From: an uncultured virus (IMG/VR IMGVR_UViG_3300021087_000010)
Lineage: Duplodnaviria; Heunggongvirae; Uroviricota; Caudoviricetes
IMG/VR virus record: IMGVR_UViG_3300021087_000010
Length of the DNA stretch: 20,000 nt
Strand: one strand, 5' to 3'
In this document: positions 8,901 to 15,852 of the stretch, piece by piece
Position numbering within the stretch: the first letter of the stretch is position 1
Layout: each line of letters begins with the position of its first letter
Program-made: the position numbers and the translations under genes
Notes under the pieces: model-generated
Database searches by the model: none
The model's input: only the letters and a program-made list of their open reading frames with translations
Told to the model about the DNA's origin: nothing

Positions 8901-11900
8901 GGTCGTGGGGCTTTACTTCAAAATACTACTACAGGGGAAGAAAGAGAAATCGAAGATTTTGATACTACTAGTGATACTATAACCCTTTCAACTCCTTTCT
9001 ATACTCCTCCAACTTTAACTGATAAGTTTACAATAACAGGTAGAGGAGCAGATAAACGAAGCTCTAATAATCCTGCAATACAAACACTTGATTATTTAAC
9101 TAATATTCGATATGGTAAAGGATTAACAAGTACAGATTTAGATATTGACTCTTTTATCTCTTCAGCAAAATTATGTAGTGCTAGATCAAATATAACTGTT
9201 AAATTAGAAAGCGTTACAGGTATAGCAGCAGCAGATGTTTTTGAATTAAAAGTAGGGGGTTCTACGAATAGTGGGGATTTAGTAGCTCAGGGTACAGTAG
9301 GGTCAGCTTCAACTGATATTGATACTGTAAATAAAACTATTACTCTTACTAATGTACTTGGTAAATTTACTAAAGCCTATAGTACTTATGGACAGTATAC
9401 AGAAGGAGATATAATTTATACTACTGCAGGACGCTATTATAGAGCCGCGTCTACAGTAACACATACCAGCGCTGTAGAACCAGTTCATGAGACTGGTACT
9501 ACAGATGGTATGGCATATATTGGTAAATTTGATGATGCTATAGGAGCTGGGCCTATAGTTTTACATAAAACAGCAGGAAATGGTACTGCAACTACTGTAA
9601 ACTTACAAAAGCATTTTGGAATGCCTGTTGAATATGAATTATATGATTCTGATTGGGTAAGATATTGGAGATATTATGGGTGGGATCGTAACAATCAAGC
9701 AGAAGTAACTAGGCACCAAACTAATTTTATACTTGATACAGGTAAGTCTCAATTCGCAAATATAAATTCTCTGCTTTCACACTTTAATGGTATACTATCT
9801 TATGAAAATGGAAAATATGTCTTAGACGTAGAAACACAAGAAGCAGCTCCAACAATAAGTCTTAATTCCTCTCAAGAAAATATTAATCCGTATTATATAG
9901 AAAATTCAGATATAATAGGAAAAATATCCTTGAAAGATGATTCACAAAAGAAAGGCAAAAATACTATCAAATCAAGCGTAGCTGATCCTCAAAATAATTG
10001 GGGGTCTAGAAGTATAACTTTCTTTAATTCTGACTTTTTAAAAGCAGATAGAGATATAGTAAAAACGGCAAACTTTCCTTTTACAGGTATAACTAATTAT
10101 TGGAATGGAAGAATTGGAGTAGAAAAAGAATTATTCCAAAGTAGATTCTCAAAAGAAATAAGTTTTACCGTCGGGCCTAGAGGTTTATTATTAAAGGTAG
10201 GACAAGTTATAGCTATGAACTATGATTCCTTCGGATGGTCTAGTAAACTGTTTAGAATCGAGAACTTAAATTTTAATGCAAATTGTACGGTTTCGGTAAA
10301 AGCCAGAGAGTATGATGATAGCATCTATGAAATTACAAAACAGCAAGCATTAGGAGTTGAACAACAATCTAGTGCGAATTTTTCACTACCCAATATAAAT
10401 CCTCCTAGTACTATTAGTACAACTACAGATAAAGCAGGCTCAGTTATTATTACTTGGACTAATGGGGATAAATTTAAGGAGGAAACAGATTCTACAGAAG
10501 TTTATGCCTCCAACGATAATAATAGGAGTAATGCTACCCTCATAGCTACAGTAGATAATGCAGAAAGTTATGCATATACTACAGCTATTGCGGGTACTAA
10601 GTATTATTGGGTAAGACATAAAAGAAAATCAAGAGTTAAATCTTTTACTACTAGATCAGCTTTTTTCCCAGTAAGTGCAACTGGTGGAAGTACAGGAACA
10701 TCAACTTCTATATCCGCAGGCGCAGTAACTGTTAATTTAATACCTAGTAGCCATGTTATTGATTTTACTAAAGTGGGTACTGAAGCTAGTACTATTACTT
10801 TTACTACTGAAACATTTAATACAGAAGGTACACCTTATTTTGAATTTTTGGTGGGAGCAAGTACTATAGGAAGTGTTCTACCTGCCAGTGGTACTAGAAC
10901 AATTGATAGTGTTGACTATGATGGAGACGAGTTCCGATTACCACAAGCTAATGAGCCCGGTGATGGAGATGCTCCAGTACAAGTAACAGTAAAAGTAAGA
11001 GAAGCATCTGCAAGTGGAAATATTATTGCACAAGACACAGTAAGTATATTTACAGTAAAAGACGGACAAAATACTGTAACAGGGCTACTAACAAATGAGG
11101 CACATGTAGTTCCTGCAGATAATGATGGGGGCAATCCGGTTCTTACAAACTCTGGGGGCACATTCAAAGTTTACTACGGTAATACTTTAATGAAAGGAAA
11201 TGCTGACTCTAGTGATGATGTAGCAGATAGTAAAATATCTTTTTCAGTAGCTTCTGAAACAGGAGTAGACGTATCTATAAATGAAAATTCAGGAGTATAT
11301 ACGGTTAATTCTATGTCTGCAGATTCTGGAACGGCAGTATTTTCAGTAACATTGGAAGGAAGTGTAGTAGGTGGCGTAGATAATACAAATGATGTAACAA
11401 GAACAAAAACATATACAATAGCAAAAGCAAAACGAGGTACTACAGGAGCAGGAACAGCTGGATTAAATAATATCATTGTTAGTTTATACAAACTTAATAA
11501 TAATTCTAGTACTGCTCCTGCCCTTCCAGATGGAGATGGGGCAGATAAAACTTCTACTTATACTTTTAGCACTAAAGCATTAACAGAAACAACTTCAGGA
11601 GCCTGGGACGAATGGAGCCCAGTTAAAATGGCTACAACAGTTGATAATGGGGTTAGATGGGTTACTATGGCAACTGCTTCAAGTAATACAAATACAGATA
11701 CCATTGCTCATGGAGAATGGGTAACAGCTATTGTAGATGGAGATACTCCAAATCAATATGCAAAAATAGATTTATACCAAAGAAATGATAGTTCTTCAGC
11801 ACCTGTTAAGCCAAATAATGCTCTTTACTATAACTTTGAAGAGGGAGCTTTAGTAGAAACTGGAACAACAACAAAATTAGTAGATGGAAACGCAGCTTTA

Positions 11901-14360
11901 GATAGTTGGAAATTAGAAATACCTGCTTCTGGAGATTACGTGCATCATATAAGTGCAGTAGCATTAGCAAATGCAAACGCTACTCAAGATACTATTGATG
12001 CAAATGACTGGTCAGGTGTAGTGCCCTTAACAGAACCCGGATCAAGTGGGGCAGCTTCTAAAGTAGTAAAATTAACATCAGCAGATTATTCAATAGTATA
12101 TGACGAAGATGGAGTAATCTCAGCCCCCGCTGCAGGTAATCTATTATTAACTGCAACTACACAAAACTTTGATAATCCTTATTTTAAATTTACGGGGCAT
12201 CAAGTTGCTAGTCCAGATGGTACTTATATAAATGAAGATAGTCCACATACTCATAATTTTACTGTACCTGCTACTTTTGCTGGTTTCAGTCCTAATCCTT
12301 CTTTAGTAAAAGTAGGAGTAGCTGAAGGAAATCAAACAGAAGTAGCTTTTGATACTATAAGTATATTTGCAGTAAAAGAGGGAACTAATGCCATTACTAT
12401 ATTTCTAACAAATAATTCACACCCTTTCCCTGCAGCAAATAATGGAACAGTAGCAGATAGTGATGAAGCAGACGGGGCAACTCAAATAGAAGCATATAGA
12501 GGAGCAACACAATTAACATTTGATGATGGGAGTACAGGGGGGAATGTAGGTACAAATACTTATAAAGTAATATCTGCTACACCTTCACAAACAAGTGGTC
12601 AAGATGATATTACAGTAGCTGCTTCTACAGTAAATAATCAAAGAGTTTATACTCCAACAGCAGTTAGAACAGGATCAGATTCAGGAATAGTAACTTATGT
12701 AATTAAAGCATCAGGAGTAAACTACACTCAAAAATACAGTTTTAGTAAATCTAAGAAAGGAGATGTAGGAGATGAGGGTAAAGGAACTACTACAATTTAT
12801 TACTTGCAGACTGGTTGGACTAACCCAGGCACTCCAACTGCAGGAACAGACGAAACTCCAGGAGCTTGGATAACTACAATACCGACGGCTGCAGCAGATA
12901 AATCTATTTGGTGGTCTATTGGAACTAAGCCTGCGGGAAGTAGTACTTGGACATTCACTTATCCACAATTTTATATGGGAGATTTAGACTATACAGTACC
13001 AGGTATATGGAATGATGAATGGAGTATAAATCTAAATTTATCTGGTTTAGGAGTGCTTGGTCTTACTGATAGTAACTATGCAAATTCTCAAGTACCTACT
13101 ATCACAGCAGGAGTAGGCCCTATAGGTAGCAGACCCGCAGCTAGTGGCTTGGTAATAGGCTCGACTTACTATGATACTACTAATAATATTTTATATATAG
13201 CTACTGCCGCAGGTACTTGGAGTGCGGGTAGTATAACAAATAATAATGAGCTAACAAATGGTACAGGATTTATTACAGGTATTGACTATGGTAGTGTTAG
13301 CGGCTCAAAACCACCTGTAGATGCAAATAATTATTCATTACCTAGTGGGGTTCTTACAGGCGGAAGCGTAAGTGGACGAGAGATAACCTTTACTAGTGGT
13401 GGTGGTAATGTTGTTCTTACAACACAAGATACCCAATATACTTTGCCTACTAATGTAGTTATAGGAACACCCTCTATAAGTGGCACAACAATTTCATTTC
13501 CTAGAAATGGAGCTGGAACAATTGATCTAACAACACAAGATACCCAATATGCAAACTTAGCAGCCCTTGATAGTACAGCAAATAATAAATTAAATGGAAT
13601 AGAATCTGGAGCTACTGCAGACCAAACGGCAGGGGAATTTGACATAACAGGACTAGCAGGATTTTCTGCAGATGCATACGCAAACGCAAATTTAGAATGG
13701 GGCCCGATTGTAATAACTGCAGGAGCCGCAGCTTCTAACTTTTCAACATATAATGGATCTACTTTTAACGCAACTAACACTACAGGAACACTAAGTATAA
13801 CTCACCCAAGTCTAGGGACATATGAAGCAACCTACACATGGCTTAGAAATGGTACTAATATTCAAGCAAATGATGGATCAAGTACTGAAGGTTTTGCAAT
13901 AACTAATACGGGCAGTGGTAATGATGCATGGACTTTTTCAACAGCAACACATAGTGCTGCTACTTCAATAACAAAAACAATTACTCATACTGCAAGTAGT
14001 AATACAATAATTTTAATTTGTTCTATACTTGATTTAACAGGTTCTGGTGGCGGTGGTGGTAAATGCCTAACTCCTGCTATGTTACCTGAAGGATTAGAAA
14101 TAGGAGACGAAGTAGATAGCCCAGAAGGCAAAACTAAAGTGGTAGATATAATACATAAACAACGAGAAGGATACTACATACTAGAAGATGAACTAGAAAT
14201 AACAAATGATCACCCAATACTAATTGAGGGAGAATGGATACTAGCAGAAGAATATCAAGGCAAGAAAGAATATATAGAAGGCTACACAGATGTTATCTAT
14301 GTAGAAACAGAAAATGAATTATTAACTGTCAAAGACTGGACGGTTGGAGGTAAATACTAA
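5982..14360 (+). CDS. Baseplate hub / tail-tip protein (T5 pb3-like) fused to a central-fibre region, with C-terminal Hint domain, 2792 aa
   Basis: The N-terminal ~1450 aa carry pb3-like blocks in order: GRLTTDEIHR, DLGFLH, KYLPVVYGVQRING.PIFADT, EGEI, YWS..RLLDTAY, EIPEI, DYLT..RYG, W.RYWRY.GW, DP..NW..SITFFNS, F..ITNY, EL..SRFS, REY. These are followed by an FN3-like domain, Ig-like repeats, pb4-like modules, a fibre stretch and GSGGGGGK-C Hint. Confidence 0.9.
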   Translation: MSTEKTINSTIRTNLLNNEDFLYAHLVKFERPFPKDSDTNTFGTEANRYAYYTDGSHDISYDDGSGNGAQVYRANRILSIGNYSETTQARASQMNLTLAGEDLKPALTMTATISNGGIVAPVLGNANLYEGYTLDFVEKGFKEGDRIRFKSSSIDKTFIIDSFLSNNTALQLARTGTDSNDDVFSNSGNGPWTITQESDEITAPLQERGITISGTSAASPNFINRSVMIYKVFTNPDTGLLWGSTGITIFKGVIQNVSIDEASTGVKVKWGLTSHWGDWQQVGGRLTTDEIHRNIQPNGRPAEVQPIRNEYASDLGFLHAESSLSAIANYTTQETRTKMKAKRRGGIAGLAGGKYYLQIPYQVDIQNEVDLNVHLQGKYLPVVYGVQRINGNPIFADTLNSDSKVIFTADAICEGEIHGLYNIYIDDIPLICTDDNDYDVRKVGGTDQDNTQLQCYGRMSHGETLMGKEGEPTEISGEPVEFDINDEGEIAIARSLAVGPFGMSPRVSSLINDWWSGAGALSAGTNGVLHRKSWSIDGIHKIDSSFFSGRANQLASSMLYNPAQLTDGIESVTVTSGGSGYTSNPDVLISAPSGGGVTATAEVQRRGNDNEGNERLVATIKITNKGSGYTDADTVTVTIGSVTSGGGSGARATANRGGYKRQVDYYEGSEPYWSSNHRLLDTAYSATRFEISPDATEIPEIEYVVKGSLLDCYNYDNTYVPDEVLNPASPGDITSRAGTFKIGDVIAVEYSTDGVNWTNDTSGLNANGKFKIIDKYEFQTNRQTTQWKFELDSAPALAVTNGAPARTHLRLKNSNNDYWYMITWNYTLCTDKTFPDEWKQPLATDANTKWRIVNNKLTGTFSTADAVLLGKNSTYTSYQFYTTSTSEYMLDLSNYLLTGTWAGDVVTIELANLSLATPTETLAAMNSASTGLKIKNGKTFKMTDSSITGITNSKELFNTYADTNFDSTNTTYVGRGALLQNTTTGEEREIEDFDTTSDTITLSTPFYTPPTLTDKFTITGRGADKRSSNNPAIQTLDYLTNIRYGKGLTSTDLDIDSFISSAKLCSARSNITVKLESVTGIAAADVFELKVGGSTNSGDLVAQGTVGSASTDIDTVNKTITLTNVLGKFTKAYSTYGQYTEGDIIYTTAGRYYRAASTVTHTSAVEPVHETGTTDGMAYIGKFDDAIGAGPIVLHKTAGNGTATTVNLQKHFGMPVEYELYDSDWVRYWRYYGWDRNNQAEVTRHQTNFILDTGKSQFANINSLLSHFNGILSYENGKYVLDVETQEAAPTISLNSSQENINPYYIENSDIIGKISLKDDSQKKGKNTIKSSVADPQNNWGSRSITFFNSDFLKADRDIVKTANFPFTGITNYWNGRIGVEKELFQSRFSKEISFTVGPRGLLLKVGQVIAMNYDSFGWSSKLFRIENLNFNANCTVSVKAREYDDSIYEITKQQALGVEQQSSANFSLPNINPPSTISTTTDKAGSVIITWTNGDKFKEETDSTEVYASNDNNRSNATLIATVDNAESYAYTTAIAGTKYYWVRHKRKSRVKSFTTRSAFFPVSATGGSTGTSTSISAGAVTVNLIPSSHVIDFTKVGTEASTITFTTETFNTEGTPYFEFLVGASTIGSVLPASGTRTIDSVDYDGDEFRLPQANEPGDGDAPVQVTVKVREASASGNIIAQDTVSIFTVKDGQNTVTGLLTNEAHVVPADNDGGNPVLTNSGGTFKVYYGNTLMKGNADSSDDVADSKISFSVASETGVDVSINENSGVYTVNSMSADSGTAVFSVTLEGSVVGGVDNTNDVTRTKTYTIAKAKRGTTGAGTAGLNNIIVSLYKLNNNSSTAPALPDGDGADKTSTYTFSTKALTETTSGAWDEWSPVKMATTVDNGVRWVTMATASSNTNTDTIAHGEWVTAIVDGDTPNQYAKIDLYQRNDSSSAPVKPNNALYYNFEEGALVETGTTTKLVDGNAALDSWKLEIPASGDYVHHISAVALANANATQDTIDANDWSGVVPLTEPGSSGAASKVVKLTSADYSIVYDEDGVISAPAAGNLLLTATTQNFDNPYFKFTGHQVASPDGTYINEDSPHTHNFTVPATFAGFSPNPSLVKVGVAEGNQTEVAFDTISIFAVKEGTNAITIFLTNNSHPFPAANNGTVADSDEADGATQIEAYRGATQLTFDDGSTGGNVGTNTYKVISATPSQTSGQDDITVAASTVNNQRVYTPTAVRTGSDSGIVTYVIKASGVNYTQKYSFSKSKKGDVGDEGKGTTTIYYLQTGWTNPGTPTAGTDETPGAWITTIPTAAADKSIWWSIGTKPAGSSTWTFTYPQFYMGDLDYTVPGIWNDEWSINLNLSGLGVLGLTDSNYANSQVPTITAGVGPIGSRPAASGLVIGSTYYDTTNNILYIATAAGTWSAGSITNNNELTNGTGFITGIDYGSVSGSKPPVDANNYSLPSGVLTGGSVSGREITFTSGGGNVVLTTQDTQYTLPTNVVIGTPSISGTTISFPRNGAGTIDLTTQDTQYANLAALDSTANNKLNGIESGATADQTAGEFDITGLAGFSADAYANANLEWGPIVITAGAAASNFSTYNGSTFNATNTTGTLSITHPSLGTYEATYTWLRNGTNIQANDGSSTEGFAITNTGSGNDAWTFSTATHSAATSITKTITHTASSNTIILICSILDLTGSGGGGGKCLTPAMLPEGLEIGDEVDSPEGKTKVVDIIHKQREGYYILEDELEITNDHPILIEGEWILAEEYQGKKEYIEGYTDVIYVETENELLTVKDWTVGGKY
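13419..13550 (+). repeat. 21-nt exact direct repeat, 111 bp apart, closing two ~37-aa fibre units
   Basis: ACAACACAAGATACCCAATAT at 13419-13439 and 13530-13550, encoding TTQDTQY. Confidence 0.85.
14064..14360 (+). other. Compact Hint (hedgehog/intein) autoprocessing domain, residues 2695-2792
   Basis: Starts at Cys (CLT, 14064) right after GSGGGGGK. Contains L.IGDEV, the block-B-like LEITNDHPIL (TxxH at 14202-14213), EW..AEE and a block-F-like DVIYVETE. Ends TVGGKY with no His-Asn. Confidence 0.8.
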
Positions 14361-15004
14361 TGACTACAATTACAGCAAATAATAGTTGGGTATATAGACC
14401 CATGATAGAAAGCGATTACACATTTTGGATGGAGTGTTGGAAGGATTATCCTTTAAGTCCAGAAGTTGGAACATTTACTTATGACGAACGTTTAAAGTGG
14501 TTTTCTGCAAGAATAACACAAAATGAAACAGGCACAGACGCTAGTATTAAAAGTGGTTATGCTATGCCCAATAATCAACCTCTTATAAGAACTTATATTT
14601 CAGTAAACCCCGCAGGTGTTGCTGTAGGTATAAGAGTATATAGTTTTGAGGTTTCTGGAGAAGCATGGGTTCGAGCAGATATTATACACCCTACTCATAG
14701 AGGTAATGGTTATTTCACAGATCATAAAATATTGGCAGTAGGACTAATGCGTGAATGGAATATTACAACAATCAAAGGTTGGGTAGAAAATGACCCAACG
14801 TTTAGTACTATCGGACTAGTAAAAACAAAACTAGGAAATTTGGGCATGACTGTTTCAGCATCAGCTAAGGATTCTAGTGATGTTGCTTTAAACTCAGCGG
14901 GCAGTTCAGTATCTTTAGATAATTTAAGTATTACTATTGCACAATGTGAATCGTTAAAAAGTGGAGACAGTGGTTGGGCAGATGTAACCTTTACTGTTTC
15001 ATAA
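14360..15004 (+). CDS. GNAT-fold acetyltransferase-like protein, 214 aa
   Basis: N-terminal YRPMIESD resembles the LRPL..xD start of GNATs; AVGIRVY beta-strand; acyl-CoA-binding motif A IIHPTHRGNGY (14681-14713); later ITTIKGWV. Overlaps the upstream stop (TAATG). Confidence 0.7.
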   Translation: MTTITANNSWVYRPMIESDYTFWMECWKDYPLSPEVGTFTYDERLKWFSARITQNETGTDASIKSGYAMPNNQPLIRTYISVNPAGVAVGIRVYSFEVSGEAWVRADIIHPTHRGNGYFTDHKILAVGLMREWNITTIKGWVENDPTFSTIGLVKTKLGNLGMTVSASAKDSSDVALNSAGSSVSLDNLSITIAQCESLKSGDSGWADVTFTVS

Positions 15005-15040
15005 AATAAAACATAATAATCCGGGTTTAATACACCCCTT

Positions 15041-15082
15041 AGAAAAAAATATCTTGACAGATACCTTAAATTTTGGTATAAT
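15041..15082 (+). promoter_or_regulatory. Consensus sigma70 promoter with extended -10 and UP-like A-tract
   Basis: TTGACA 15054-15059, 17-bp spacer, TG at 15074-15075, TATAAT 15077-15082, A-tract 15043-15049. Sits in the only sizeable intergenic gap; GGAG RBS at 15092-15095 precedes ATG 15107. Confidence 0.9.
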
Positions 15083-15106
15083 TACATAAATGGAGAAAAT
15101 AATAAA

Positions 15107-15442
15107 ATGGCAGCAGGAACCTACAATTTCACACTAGAGCAGGGAGCGACTTTCAATCGTATTCTAACCCTGCAAGAAAACAGCGCAGTTATGAACTTAA
15201 CTGGCTATTCAGTCGCGTCAAAGTTCCGATCAACTCACGACTCAGGTACGGTTGCGGGCACGTTTACGTGCACGATTAGTGATGCTAGTGCTGGTAAGAT
15301 AACAATGACTATGACCAACAGTACTACATCAGCAATTGAAGAGGGCATATACGTATACGATTTAGAGATAACATCAGGAGTAGGAGCAGTAACTAGAGTA
15401 CTACAAGGTAACATAACTGTAACGCCGGAAGTAACTAGATAA
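15107..15442 (+). CDS. Collar / side-fibre anchoring protein (T5 p132-like, Ig-like fold), 111 aa
   Basis: NLTGYS...FTCTISDASAGKITMTM...YVYDLEIT...RVLQGNITVTPEVT resembles recalled T5 p132 (DLTDFS...FTTAIVDAAQG...YYDVIIT...RIMEGKVYISDGVT). Syntenic position between central and side fibre genes. Confidence 0.8.
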   Translation: MAAGTYNFTLEQGATFNRILTLQENSAVMNLTGYSVASKFRSTHDSGTVAGTFTCTISDASAGKITMTMTNSTTSAIEEGIYVYDLEITSGVGAVTRVLQGNITVTPEVTR

Positions 15443-15843
15443 TGGCTATCACAGTTACAATCACTGAGACTCCCATCTATGTAACAGTTGATGCTACTGC
15501 TAATACGGTTACACTAAATCAAAGTGATAATCCAATTACTGTAACTACTACTACGGATTTAACTCTTCAAGCAGGTTCAGCTGAATATGTAACTTACACA
15601 CAAACAGGTAGTTTAGCAGGTGGAAATGTACAAGACGCACTAGCAGATTTAGCAGATCAATTTTATAGACAATCCTCAACTCCTTCTGGGAGTAACTTAG
15701 CCGAGGGGGATCTATGGTACAATACTTCTAGTGAAGAACTTTTTGTATACAGACAAGTATCGGGCGGATACGAATGGCACACAATTGCCTCAGCAGGGGG
15801 ATCATCTCCCACGACCTTCACCTTAGATGGTGGGTCATTTTAG
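15442..15843 (+). CDS. Proximal side-fibre adaptor protein, 133 aa
   Basis: Thr/Val-rich N-terminus; NVQDALADL and P...EGDLWYNT...LFVY fibre motifs; C-terminal LDGGSF; follows the collar gene with a TAATG overlap. Confidence 0.65.
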   Translation: MAITVTITETPIYVTVDATANTVTLNQSDNPITVTTTTDLTLQAGSAEYVTYTQTGSLAGGNVQDALADLADQFYRQSSTPSGSNLAEGDLWYNTSSEELFVYRQVSGGYEWHTIASAGGSSPTTFTLDGGSF

Positions 15844-15852
15844 GAAAAATAA

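Noticed and set aside
14064..14360. Selfish splicing intein or homing endonuclease
   Set aside because: The domain is at the very C-terminus with no C-extein, no His-Asn end and no LAGLIDADG or HNH insert.
15021..15040. Possible terminator hairpin GGGT-TTAATAC-ACCC after the GNAT gene
   Set aside because: Only a 4-bp stem and no real U-tract; too weak to call.
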